DNA of 64,000 bases from positions 9,858,001 through 9,922,000 of the forward strand of contig OZ024745.1 of the NCBI GenBank assembly GCA_964016885.1, given 5' to 3'. This DNA is from Eledone cirrhosa. Lineage: Eukaryota. A program made the translations under genes and the position numbers. The notes beneath the pieces are model-generated. The model worked only from the letters and a program-made list of their open reading frames with translations. It was not told the DNA's origin and did no database searches. Every line of letters starts with the position of its first letter. Within the stretch, counting starts at the first letter, position 1. Of this stretch, positions 30,001 to 45,000 are shown in pieces.

Positions 30001-33000
30001 AAGACATGGTCACTTAACTTCTGTAATCCCAGTATATAACCAAGACATGGTCACTTGACCTCTGTAATCCCAGTATATAACCAAGACATGGTCACTTGAC
30101 CAGTGTAATCCCAGTATATAACCAAGACATGGTCACTTGACCTCTGTAATCCCAGTATATAACCAAGACATGGTCACTTGACCTCTGTAATCCCAGTATA
30201 TAACCAAGACATGGTCACTTGACCTCTGTAATCCCAGTATATAACCAAGACATGGTCACTTGACCTCTGTAATCCCAGTATATAACCAAGACATGGTCAC
30301 TTGACCAGTGTAATCCCAGTATATAACCAAGACATGGTCACTTGACCTCTGTAATCCCAGTATATAACCAAGACGTGGTCACTTGACCTCTGTAATCCCA
30401 GTATATAACCAAGACAGTATCACTTGACCAGTGTAATCCCAGTATATAACCAAGACATGGTCACTTGACTTCTGTAATCCCAGTATATAACCAAGACAGT
30501 CTCACTTGACCAGTGTAATCCCAGTATATAACCAAGACATGGTCACTTGACCTCTGTAATCCCAGTATATAACCAAGACATGGTCACTTGACCAGTGTAA
30601 TCCCAGTATATATCCAAGACATGGTCACTTGACCTCTGTAATCCCAGTATATAACCAAGACATGGTCACTTGACCAGTGTAATCCCAGTATATAACCAAG
30701 ACATGGTCATTTGACCAGTGTAATCCCAGTATATAACGAAGACATGGTCACTTGACCAGTGTAATCCCAGTATATAACGAAGACATGGTCACTTGACCAG
30801 TGTAATCCCAGTATATATCCAAGACATAGTCACTGACCTCTGTAATCCAAGTATATAACCAAGACATGGTCACTTCACCTCTGTAATCCCAGTATATATC
30901 CAAGACATGGTCACTTGACCAGTGTAATCCCAGTATATATCCAAGACATGGTCACTTGACCAGTGTAATCCCAGTATATAACCAAGACATGGTCACTTGA
31001 CCTCTGTAATCCCAGTATATATGCAAGACATGGTCACTTGACCAGTGTAATCTCAGTATATAACCAAGACAGTCTCACTTGACCAGTGTAATCCCAGTAT
31101 ATAACCAAGACATGGTCACTTGACCTCTGTAATCCCAGTATATATCCAAGACATGGTCACTTGACCTCTGTAATCCCAGTATATAACCAAGACATGGTCA
31201 CTTGACCTCTGTAATCCCAGTATATATCCAAGACAGTCTCACTTGACCTATGTAATCCCAGTATATAACCAAGACATGGTCACTTGACCAGTGTAATCCC
31301 AGTATATAACCAAGACATGGTCACTTGACCAGTGTAATCCCAGTATATAACCAAGGCATGGTCACTTGACCAGTGTAATCCCAGTATATAACCAAGACAT
31401 GGTCACTTGACCAATATATATCCAAGACAGTCTCACTTGACCTCTGTAATCCCAGTATATAACCAAGACATGGTCACTTGACCAGTGTAATCCCAGTATA
31501 TATCCAAGACATGGTCACTTGATCTCTGTAATCCCAGTATATAACCAAGACATGGTCACTTGACCAGTGTAATCCCAGTATATAACCAAGACATGGTCAC
31601 TTGACCTCTGTAATCCCAGTATATAACCAAGACATGGTCACTTGACCTCTGTAATCCCAGTATATAACCAAGACATGGTCACTTCACCAGTGTAATCCCA
31701 GTATATATCCAAGACATGGTCACTTGACCTCTGTAATCCCAGTATATAACCAAGACATGGTCACTTGACCTCTGTAATCCCAGTATATAACCAAGACATG
31801 GTCACTTGACCTCTGTAATCCCAGTATATATCCAAGACAGTCTCACTTGACCTATGTAATCCCAGTATATAACCAAGACATGGTCACTTGACCAGTGTAA
31901 TCCCAGTATATAACCAAGACAGTCTCACTTGACCTCTGTAATCCCAGTATATAACCAAGACAGTCTCACTTGACCTATGTAATCCCAGTATATAACCAAG
32001 ACATGGTCACTTAACCAGTGTAATCCCAGTATATAACCAAGACATGGTCACTTGCCTCTGTAATCCCAGTATATATCCAAGACATGGTCACTTGACCAGT
32101 GTAATCCCAGTATAAAACCAAGACATGGTCACTTGACCAGTGTAATCCCAGTATATATCCAAGACAGTCTCACTTGACCTCTGTAATCCCAGTATATATC
32201 CAAGACATCGTCACTTGACCTCTGTAATCCCAGTATATAACCAAGACATGGTCACTTGACCAGCGTAATCCCAGTATATATCCAAGACAGTCTCACTTGA
32301 CCTCTGTAATCCCAGTATATATCCAAGACATGGTCACTTGACCTCTGTAATCCCAGTATATAACCAAGACATGGTCACTTGACCGCTGTTATCCCAGTAT
32401 ATAACCAAGACATGGTCACTTGACCTCTGTAATCCCAGTATATAACCAAGACAGTATCACTTGACCAGTGAAATCCCAGTATATAACCAAGACATGGTCA
32501 CTTGACCAGTGTAATCCCAGTATAATACCAAGACATGGTCACTTGACCTCTGTAATCCCAGTATATAACCAAGACAGTATCACTTGACCAGTGTAATCCC
32601 AGTATATAACCAAGACATGGTCACTTGACTTCTGTAATCCCAGTATATAACCAAGACATGGTCACTTGACCTCTGTAATCCCAGTATATAACCAAGACAT
32701 GGTCACTTGACCAGTGTAATCCCAGTATATAACCAAGACATGGTCACTTGACCTCTGTAATCCCAGTATATAACCAAGACAGTATCACTTGACCAGTGTA
32801 ATCCCAGTATATAACCAAGACATGGTCACTTGACTTCTGTAATCCCAGTATATAACCAAGACATGGTCACTTGACCTCTGTAATCCCAGTATATAACCAA
32901 GACATGGTCACTTGACCAGTGTAATCCCAGTATATATCCAAGACATGGTCACTTGACCTCTGTAATCCCAGTATATAACAAAGACATGGTCACTTGACCA

Positions 33001-36000
33001 GTGTAATCCCAGTATATAACCATAACATGGTCACTTGACCAGTGTAATCCCAGTATATAACCAAGACATGGTCACTTGACTTCTGTAATCCCAGTATATA
33101 ACCAAGACATGGTCACTTGACCTCTGTAATCCCAGTATATATCCAAGGCATGGTCACTTGACCAGTGTAATCCCAGTATATAACCAAGACATGGTCACTT
33201 GACCTCTGTAATCCCAGTATATAACCAAGACATGGTCACTTGACCTCTGTAATCCCAGTATATATCCAAGACAGTCTCACTTGACCTATGTAATCCCAGT
33301 ATATATCCAAGACATGGTCACTTGACCTCTGTAATCCCAGTATATATCCAAGACATGGCCACTTGACCTCTGTAATCCCAGTATATAACCAAGACATTGT
33401 CACCTGACCTCTGTAATCCCAGTATATAACCAAGACATGGTCACTTGACCTCTGTAATCGCAGTATATATCCAAGACATGGTCACTTGACCTCTGTAATC
33501 CCAGTATATATCCAAGACATGGTCACTTGAACTCTGTAATCCCAGTATATAACCAAGACATGGCCACTTGACCAGTGTAATCCCAGTATATAATCAAGAC
33601 ATGGCCACTTGACCAGTGTAATCCCCGTATATAACCAAGACATGGTCACTTGACCAGTGTAATCCCAGTATATATCCAAGACAGTCTCACTTGACCAGTG
33701 TAATCCCAGTATATATCCAAGACATGGTCACTTGACCTCTGTAATCCCAGTATATAACCAAGACATGGTCACTTGACCTGTGTAATCCCAGTATATATCC
33801 AAGACATGGTCACTTGACCAGTGTAATCCCAGTATATAACCAAGACATGGTCACTTGACCTCTGTTATCCCAGTATATAACCAAGACATGGTCACTTGAC
33901 CTCTGTAATCCCAGTATATAACCAAGACAGTATCACTTGACCAGTGTAATCCCAGTATATAACCATACCATGGTCACTTGACCAGTGTAATCCCAGTATA
34001 TAACCAAGACATGGTCACTTGACCAGTGTAATCCCAGTATATAACCAAGACATGGTCACTTGACCTGTAATCCCAGTATATATCCAAGACATGGTCACTT
34101 GACCAGTGTAATCCCAGTATATAACCAAGACATGGTCACTTGACCTCTGTAATCCCAGTATATATCCAAGACATGGTCACTTGACCTCTGTAATCCCAGT
34201 ATATAACCAAGACAGTCTCACTTGACCTCTGTAATCCCAGTATATAACCAAGACATGGTCACTTGACCTCTGTAATCCCAGTATATAACCAAGACATGGT
34301 CACTTGACCTCTGTAATCCCAGTATATATCCAAGACATGGTCACTTGACCAGTGTAATCCCAGTATATAACCAAGACAGTCTCACTTGACCTCTGTAATC
34401 CCAGTATATAACCAAGACATGGTCACTTGACCTCTGTAATCCCAGTATATAACCAAGACATGGTCACTTGACCTCTGTAATCCCAGTATATAACCAAGAC
34501 ATGGTCACTTGACCTCTGTAATCCCAGTATATATCCAAGGCATGGTCACTTGACCAGTGTAATCCCAGTATATAACCAAGACATGGTCACTTGACCTCTG
34601 TAATCCCAGTATATAACCAAGACATGGTCACTTGACCTCTGTAATCCCAGTATATAACCAAGACAGTCTCACTTGACCAGTGTAATCCCAGTATATAACC
34701 AAGACATGGTCACTTGACCAGTGTAATCCCAGTATATAACCAAGACATGGTCACTTGACCAGTCTAATCCCAGTATATAACCAAGACATGGTCACTTGAC
34801 CTCCGTAATCCCAGTATATAAACAAGACAGTATCACTTGACCAGTGTAATCCCAGTATATAACCAAGACATGGTCACTTGACTTCTGTAATCCCAGTATA
34901 TAACCAAGACATGGTCACTTGACCAGTGTAACCCCAGTATATATCCAAGACATGGTCACTTGACCTCTGTAATCCCAGTATATAACCAAGACATGGTCAC
35001 TTGACCAGTGTAATCCCAGTATATAACCAAGACATGGTCATTTGACCAGTGTAATCCCAGTATATAACGAAGACATGGTCACTTGACCAGTGTAATCCCA
35101 GTATATAACGAAGACATGGTCACTTGACCAGTGTAATCCCAGTATATAACCAAGACATGGTCACTGACCTCTGTAATCCAAGTATATAACCAAGACATGG
35201 TCACTTCACCTCTGTAATCCCAGTATATATCCAAGACATGGTCACTTGACCAGTGTAATCCCAGTATATAACCAAGACATGGTCACTTGACCTCTGTAAT
35301 CCCAGTATATATCCAAGACATGGTCACTGACCTCTGTAATCCAAGTATATAACCAAGACATGGTCACTTCACCTCTGTAATCCCAGTATATATCCAAGAC
35401 ATGGTCACTTGACCAGTGTAATCCCAGTATATAACCAAGACATGGTCACTTGACCTCTGTAATCCCAGTATATAACCAAGACATGGTCACTTGACCAGTG
35501 TAATCTCAGTATATAACCAAGACAGTCTCACTTGACCAGTGTAATCCCAGTATATAACCAAGACATGGTCACTTGACTTCTGTAATCCCAGTATATATCC
35601 AAGACATGGTCACTTGACCTCTGTAATCCCAGTATATATCCAAGACAGTCTCACTTGACCTCTGTAATCCCAGTATATAACCAAGACATGGTCACTTGAC
35701 CTCTGTAATCCCAGTATATAACCAAGATATGGTCACTTGACCAGTGTAATCCCAGTATATAACCAAGACATGGTCACTTGACCTCTGTAATCCCAGTATA
35801 TAACTAAGACATGGTCACTTGACCTCTGTAAACCCAGTATATAACCAAGACATGGTCACTTGACCTCTGTAATCCCAGTATATAACCAAGACATGGTCAC
35901 TTGACCTCTGTAATGCCAGTATATATCCAAGACATGGTCACTTGACCAGTGTAATCCCAGTATATAACCAAGACATGGTCACTTCACCAGTGTAATCCCA

Positions 36001-39000
36001 GTATATATCCAAGACATGGTCACTTGATCTCTGTAATCCCAGTATATAACCAAGACATGGTCACTTGACCTCTGTAATCCCAGTATATAACCAAGACATG
36101 GTCACTTGACCAGTGTAATCCCAGTATATAACCAAGACATGGTCACTTGACCTCTGTAATCCCAGTATATAACCAAGACAGTATCACTTCACCAGTGTAA
36201 TCCCAGTATATATCCAAGACATGGTCACTTGATCTCTGTAATCCCAGTATATAACCAAGACATGGTCACTTAACCAGTGTAATCCCAGTATATATCCAAG
36301 ACATGGTCACTTGATCTCTGTAATCCCAGTATATAACCAAGACATGGTCACTTAACCAGTGTAATCCCAGTATATATCCAAGACATGGTCACTTGATCTC
36401 TGTAATCCCAGTATATAATCAAGACATGGTCACTTGACCAGTGTAATCCCAGTATATATCCAAGACATGGTCACTTGATCTCTGTAATCCCAGTATATAA
36501 CCAAGACATGGTCACTTCACCAGTGTAATCCCAGTATATATCCAAGACATGGTCACTTGATCTCTGTAATCCCAGTATATAACCAAGACATGGTCACTTG
36601 ACCTCTGTAATCCCAGTATATAACCAAGACATGGTCACTTGACCTCTGTAATCCCAGTATATAACCAAGACATGGTCACTTGACCTCTGTAATCCCAGTA
36701 TATATCCAAGACATGGTCACTTGATCTCTGTAATCCCAGTATATAACCAAGACATGGTCACTTGACCAGTGTAATCCCAGTATATAACCAAGACAGTCTC
36801 ACTTGACCTCTGTAATCCCAGTATATAACCAAGACAGTCTCACTTGACCAGTGTAATCCCAGTATATAACCAAGACATGGTCACTTGACCAGTGTAATCC
36901 CAGTATATAACCAAGACATGTTCACTTCACCAGTGTAATCCCAGTACATATCCAAGACATGGTCACTTGATCTCTGTAATCCCAGTATATAACCAAGACA
37001 TGGTCACTTGACCTCTGTAATCCCAGTATATAACCAAGACATGGTCACTTGACCTCTGTAATCCCAGTATATATCCAAGACAGTCTCACTTGACCTATGT
37101 AATCCAAGTATATAACCAAGACATGGTCACTTGACCAGTGTAATCCCAGTATATAACCAAGACAGTCTCACTTGACCTCTGTAATCCCAGTATATAACCA
37201 AGACATGGTCACTTAACCAGTGTAATCCCAGTATATAACCAAGACATGGTCACTTGACCAGTGTAATCCCAGTATATAACCAAGACAGTCTCATTTGACC
37301 AGTGTAATCCCAGTATATAAGCAAGACATGGTCACTTGACCTCTGTAATCCCAGTATATAACCAAGACATGGTCACTTGACCAGTGTAATCCCAGTATAT
37401 AACCAAGGCATGGTCACTTGACCAGTGTAATCCCAGTATATAACCAAGACATGGTCACTTGACGAATATATATCCAAGACAGTCTCACTTGACCTCTGTA
37501 ATCCCAGTATATAACCAAGACATGGTCACTTGACCAGTGTAATCCCAGTATATATCCAAGACATGGTCACTTGATCTCTGTAATCCCAGTATATAACCAA
37601 GACATGGTCACTTGACCAGTGTAATCCCAGTATATAACCAAGACATGGTCACTTGACCTCTGTAATCCCAGTATATAACCAAGACATGGTCACTTGACCT
37701 CTGTAATCCCAGTATATAACCAAGACAGTCTCACTTGACCTCTGTAATCCCAGTATATAACCAAGACAGTCTCACTTGACCAGTGTAATCCCAGTATATA
37801 ACCAAGTCATGGTCACTTCACCAGTGTAATCCCAGTATATATCCAAGACATGGTCACTTGATCAGTGTAATCCCAGTATATAACCAAGACATGGTCACTT
37901 GACCAGTGTAATCCCAGTATATAACCAAGACATGGTCACTTGACCTCTGTAATCCCAGTATATATCCAAGACATGGTCACTTGACCTCTGTAATCCCAGT
38001 ATATAACCAAGACAGTCTCACTTGACCTCTGTAATCCCAGTATATAACCAAGACATTGTCACTTGACCTCTGTAATCCCAGTATATAACCAAGACATGGT
38101 CACTTGACCTCTGTAATCCCAGTATATATCCAAGACATGGTCACTTGACCAGTGTAATCCCAGTATATAACCAAGACAGTCTCACTTGACCTCTGTAATC
38201 CCAGTATATAACCAAGACATGGTCACTTGACCTCTGTAATCCCAGTATATAACCAAGACATGGTCACTTGACCTCTGTAATCCCAGTATATATCCAAGAC
38301 ATGGTCACTTGACCAGTGTATTCCCAGTATATAACCAAGACATGGTCACTTGACCTCTGTAATCCCAGTATATAACCAAGACATGGTCACTTGACCTCTG
38401 TAATCCCAGTATATAACCAAGACATGGTCACTTGACCTCTGTAATCCCAGTATATATCCAAGACATGGCCACTTGACCTCTGTAATCCCAGTATATAACC
38501 AAGACATTGTCACCTGACCTCTGTAATCCCAGTATATAACCAAGACATGGTCACTTGACCTCTGTAATCCCAGTATATAACCAAGTCATGGTCACTTGAC
38601 CTCTGTAATCCCAGTATATATCCAAGGCATGGTCACTTGACCAGTGTAATCCCAGTATATAACCAAGACATGGTCACTTGACCTCTGTAATCCCAGTATA
38701 TAACCAAGACATGGTCACTTGACCTCTGTAATCCCAGTATATATCCAAGACAGTCTCACTTGACCTATGTAATCCCAGTATATATCCAAGACATGGTCAC
38801 TTGACCTCTGTAATCCCAGTACATAACCAAGACATGGTCACTTGACCAGTGTAATCCCAGTATATAACCAAGACATGGTCACTTGACCACTGTAATCCCA
38901 GTATATAACCAAGACAGTCTCACTTGACCAGTGTAATCCCAGTATATAACCAAGACATGGTCACTTGACCAGTGTAATCCCAGTATATAACCAAGACATG

Positions 39001-42000
39001 GTCACTTGACCAGTGTAATCCCAGTATATAACCAAGACAGTATCACTTGACCAGTGTAATCCCAGTATATAACCAAGACATGGTCACTTGACTTCTGTAA
39101 TCCCAGTATATAACCAAGACATGGTCACTTGACTTCTGTAATCCCAGTATATAACCAAGACATGGTCACTTGACCAGTGTAATCCCAGTATATATCCAAG
39201 ACATGGTCACTTGACCTCTGTAATCCCAGTATATAACCAAGACATGGTCACTTGACCAGTGTAATCCCAGTATATAACCAAGACATGGTCATTTGACCAG
39301 TGTAATCCCAGTATATAACGAAGACTTGGTCACTTGACCAGTGTAATCCCTGTATATAACGAAGACATGGTCACTTGACCAGTGTAATCCCAGTATATAT
39401 CCAAGACATGGTCACTGACCTCTGTAATCCAAGTATATAACCAAGACATGGTCACTTCACCTCTGTAATCCCAGTATATATCCAAGACATGGTCACTTGA
39501 CCAGTGTAATCCCAGTATATAACCAAGACATGGTCACTTGACCTCTGTAATCCCAGTATATATGCAAGACATGGTCACTTGACCAGTGTAATCTCAGTAT
39601 ATAACCAAGACAGTCTCACTTGACCAGTGTAATCCCAGTATATAACCAAGACATGGTCACTTGACCTCTGTAATCCCAGTATATATCCAAGACAGTCTAA
39701 CTTGACCTCTGTAATCCCAGTATATATCCAAGACAGTCTCACTTGACCTCTGTAATCCCAGTATATAACCAAGACATGGTCACTTGACCTCTGTAATCCC
39801 AGTATATAACCAAGACATGGTCACTTGACTTCTGTAATCCCAGTATATATCCAAGACATGGTCACTTGACCTCTGTAATCCCAGTATATATCCAAGACAG
39901 TCTCACTTGACCTCTGTAATCCCAGTATATAACCAAGACATGGTCACTTGACCTCTGTAATCCCAGTATATAACCAAGATATGGTCACTTGACCAGTGTA
40001 ATCCCAGTATATAACCAAGACATGGTCACTTGACCTCTGTAAACCCAGTATATAACCAAGACATGGTCAGTTGACCTCTGTAATCCCAGTATATAACCAA
40101 GACATGGTCACTTGACCTCTGTAATGCCAGTATATATCCAAGACATGGTCACTTGACCAGTGTAATCCCAGTATATAACCAAGACATGGTCACTTGACCT
40201 CTGTAATCCCAGTATATATCCAAGACAGTCTCACTTGACCTATGTAATCCCAGTATATAACCAAGACATGGTCACTTGACCAGTGTAATCCCAGTATATA
40301 TCCAAGACATGGTCACTTGATCTCTGTAATCCCAGTATATAACCAAGACATGGTCACTTGACCAGTGTAATCCCAGTATATAACCAAGACATGGTCACTT
40401 CACCAGTGTAATCCCAGTATATATCCAAGACATGGTCACTTGATCTCCGTAATCCCAGTATATAACCAAGACATGGTCACTTGACCTCTGTAATCCCAGT
40501 ATATAACCAAGACATGGTCACTTGACCTCTGTAATCCCAGTATATATCCAAGACATGGTCACTTGATCTCTGTAATCCCAGTATATAACCAAGACATGGT
40601 CACTTGACCTCTGTAATCCCAGTATATAACCAAGACAGTCTCACTTGACCTCTGTAATCCCAGTATATAACCAAGACAGTCTCACTTGACCAGTGTAATC
40701 CCAGTATATAACCAAGACATGGTCACTTGACCAGTGTAATCCCAGTATATAACCAAGACATGGTCACTTCACCAGTGTAATCCCAGTATATATCCAAGAC
40801 ATGGTCACTTGATCTCTGTAATCCCAGTATATAACCAAGACATGGTCACTTGACCTCTGTAATCCCAGTATATAACCAAGACATGGTCACTTGACCTCTG
40901 TAAACCCAGTATATATCCAAGACAGTCTCACTTGACCTATGTAATCCCAGTATATAACCAAGACATGGTCACTTGACCAGTGTAATCCCAGTATATAACC
41001 AAGACAGTCTCACTTGACCTCTGTAATCCCAGTATATAACCAAGACAGTCTCACTTGACCAGTGTAATCCCAGTATATAACCAAGACATGGTCACTTAAC
41101 CAGTGTAATCCCAGTATATAACCAAGAGATGGTCACTTGACCTCTGTAATCCCAGTATATAACCAAGACATGGTCACTTGACCAGTGTAATCCCAGTATA
41201 TAACCAAGACAGTCTCATTTGACCAGTGTAATCCCAGTATATAAGCAAGACATGGTCACTTGACCTCTGTAATCCCAGTATATAACCAAGACATGGTCAC
41301 TTGACCAGTGTAATCCCAGTATATAACCAAGGCATGGTCACTTGACCAGTGTAATCCCAGTATATAACCAAGACATGGTCACTTGACCAATATATATCCA
41401 AGACAGTCTCACTTGACCTCTGTAATCCCAGTATATAACCAAGACATGGTCACTTGACCAGTGTAATCCCAGTATATATCCAAGACATGGTCACTTGATC
41501 TCTGTAATCCCAGTATATAACCAAGACATGGTCACTTGACCAGTGTAATCCCAGTATATAACCAAGACATGGTCACTTGACCTCTGTAATCCCAGTATAT
41601 AACCAAGACATGGTCACTTGACCTCTGTAATCCCAGTATATAACCAAGACATGGTCACTTCACCAGTGTAATCCCAGTATATATCCAAGACATGGTCACT
41701 TGACCTCTGTAATCCCAGTATATAACCAAGACATGGTCACTTGACCAGTGTAATCCCAGTATATAACCAAGACATGGTCACTTGACCAGTGTAATCCCAG
41801 TATATATCCAAGACATGGTCACTTGATCTCTGTAATCCCAGTATATAACCAAGACATGGTCACTTGACCTCTGTAATCCCAGTATATAACCAAGACATGG
41901 TCACTTGACCTCTGTAATCCCAGTATATATCCAAGACAGTCTCACTTGACCTATGTAATCCCAGTATATAACCAAGACATGGTCACTGACCTCTGTAATC

Positions 42001-45000
42001 CCAGTATATAACCAAGACATGGTCACTTGACCTGTAATCCCAGTATATAACCAAGACAATCTCACTTGACCTCTGTAATCCCAGTATATAACCAAGACAG
42101 TCTCACTTGACCTATGTAATCCCAGTATATAACCAAGACATGGTCACTTAACCAGTGTAATCCCAGTATATAACCAAGACATGGTCACTTGACCTCTGTA
42201 ATCCCAGTATATATCCAAGACATGGTCACTTGACCTCTGTAATCCCAGTATATATCCAAGACATGGTCACTTGACCAGTGTAATCCCAGTATATAACCAA
42301 GACAGTCTCACTTGACCTCTGTAATCCCAGTATATAACCAAGACATGGTCACTTGACCTCTGTAATCCCAGTATATATCCAAGACATGGTCACTTGACCT
42401 CTGTAATCCCAGTATACATCCAAGACATGGTCACTTGACCAGTGTAATCCCAGTATATATCCAAGACAGTCTCACTTGACCTCTGTAATCCCAGTATATA
42501 TCCAAGACATCGTCACTTGACCTCTGTAATCCCAGTATATAACCAAGACATGGTCACTTGACCAGCGTAATCCCAGTATATATCCAAGACAGTCTCACTT
42601 GACCTCTGTAATCCCAGTATATATCCAAGACATGGTCACTTGACCTCTGTAATCCCAGTATATAACCAAGACATGGTCACTTGACCTCTGTAATCCCAGT
42701 ATATAACCAAGACATGGTCACTTGACCGCTGTTATCCCAGTATATAACCAAGACATGGTCACTTGACCTCTGTAATCCCAATATATAAGCAAGACAGTAT
42801 CACTTGACCAGTGTAATCCCAGTATATAAACAAGACATGGTCACTTGACCAGTGTAATCCCAGTATATAACCAAGACATGGTCACTTGACCTCTGTAATC
42901 CCAGTATATAACCAAGACAGTATCACTTGACCAGTGTAATCCCAGTATATAACCAAGACATGGTCACTTGACTTCTGTAATCCCAGTATATAACCAAGAC
43001 ATGGTCACTTGACCTCTGTAATCCCAGTATATAACCAAGACATGGTCACTTGACCAGTGTAATCCCAGTATATAACCAAGACATGGTCACTTGACCTCTG
43101 TAATCCCAGTATATAACCAAGACAGTATCACTTGACCAGTGTAATCCCAGTATATAACCATAACATGGTCACTTGACCAGTGTAATCCCAGTATATATCC
43201 AAGACATGGTCACTTGACCTCTGTAATCCCAGTATATAACCAAGACATGGTCACTTGACCAGTGTAATCCCAGTATATAACCAAGACATGGTCATTTGAC
43301 CAGTGTAATCCCAGTATATAACGAAGACATGGTCACTTGACCAGTGTAATCCCAGTATATAACGAAGACATGGTCACTTGACCAGTGTAATCCCAGTATA
43401 TATCCAAGACATGGTCACTGACCTCTGTAATCCAAGTATATAACCAAGACATGGTCACTTCACCTCTGTAATCCCAGTATATATCCAAGACATGGTCACT
43501 TGACCTCTGTAATCCCAGTATATATCCAAGACATGGTCACTTGACCAGTGTAATCCCAGTATATATCCAAGACATGGTCACTTGACCAGTGTAATCCCAG
43601 TATATAACCAAGACATGGTCACTTGACCTCTGTAATCCCAGTATATATGCAAGACATGGTCACTTGACCAGTGTAATCTCAGTATATAACCAAGACAGTC
43701 TCACTTGACCAGTGTAATCCCAGTATATAACCAAGACATGGTCACTTGACCTCTGTAATCCCAGTATATATCCAAGACATGGTCACTTGACCTCTGTAAT
43801 CCCAGTATATAACCAAGACATGGTCACTTGACCTCTGTAATCCCAGTATATATCCAAGACAGTCTCACTTGACCTATGTAATCCCAGTATATAACCAAGA
43901 CATGGTCACTTGACCAGTGTAATCCCAGTATATAACCAAGACAGTCTCACTTGACCTCTGTAATCCCAGTATATAACCAAGACAGTCTCACTTGACCAGT
44001 GTAATCCCAGTATATAACCAAGACATGGTCACTTAACCAGTGTAATCCCAGTATATAACCAAGACATGGTCACTTGACCTCTGTAATCCCAGTATATAAC
44101 CAAGACATGGTCACTTGACCAGTGTAATCCCAGTATATAACCAAGACAGTCTCATTTGACCAGTGTAATCCCAGTATATAAGCAAGACATGGTCACTTGA
44201 CCTCTGTAATCCCAGTATATAACCAAGACATGGTCACTTGACCAGTGTAATCCCAGTATATAACCAAGGCATGGTCACTTGACCAGTGTAATCCCAGTAT
44301 ATAACCAAGACATGGTCACTTGACCAATATATATCCAAGACAGTCTCACTTGACCTCTGTAATCCCAGTATATAACCAAGACATGGTCACTTGACCAGTG
44401 TAATCCCAGTATATATCCAAGACATGGTCACTTGATCTCTGTAATCCCAGTATATAACCAAGACATGGTCACTTGACCAGTGTAATCCCAGTATATAACC
44501 AAGACATGGTCACTTGACCTCTGTAATCCCAGTATATAACCAAGACATGGTCACTTGACCTCTGTAATCCCAGTATATAACCAAGACATGGTCACTTCAC
44601 CAGTGTAATCCCAGTATATATCCAAGACATGGTCACTTGACCTCTGTAATCCCAGTATATAACCAAGACATGGTCACTTGACCAGTGTAATCCCAGTATA
44701 TAACCAAGACATGGTCACTTGACCAGTGTAATCCCAGTATATATCCAAGACATGGTCACTTGATCTCTGTAATCCCAGTATATAACCAAGACATGGTCAC
44801 TTGACCAGTGTAATCCCAGTATATAACCAAGACATGGTCACTTGATCTCTGTAATCCCAGTATATAACCAAGACATGGTCACTTGACCTCTGTAATCCCA
44901 GTATATAACCAAGACATGGTCACTTGACCTCTGTAATCCCAGTATATAACCAAGACAGTCTCACTTGACCTCTGTAATCCCAGTATATAACCAAGACATG

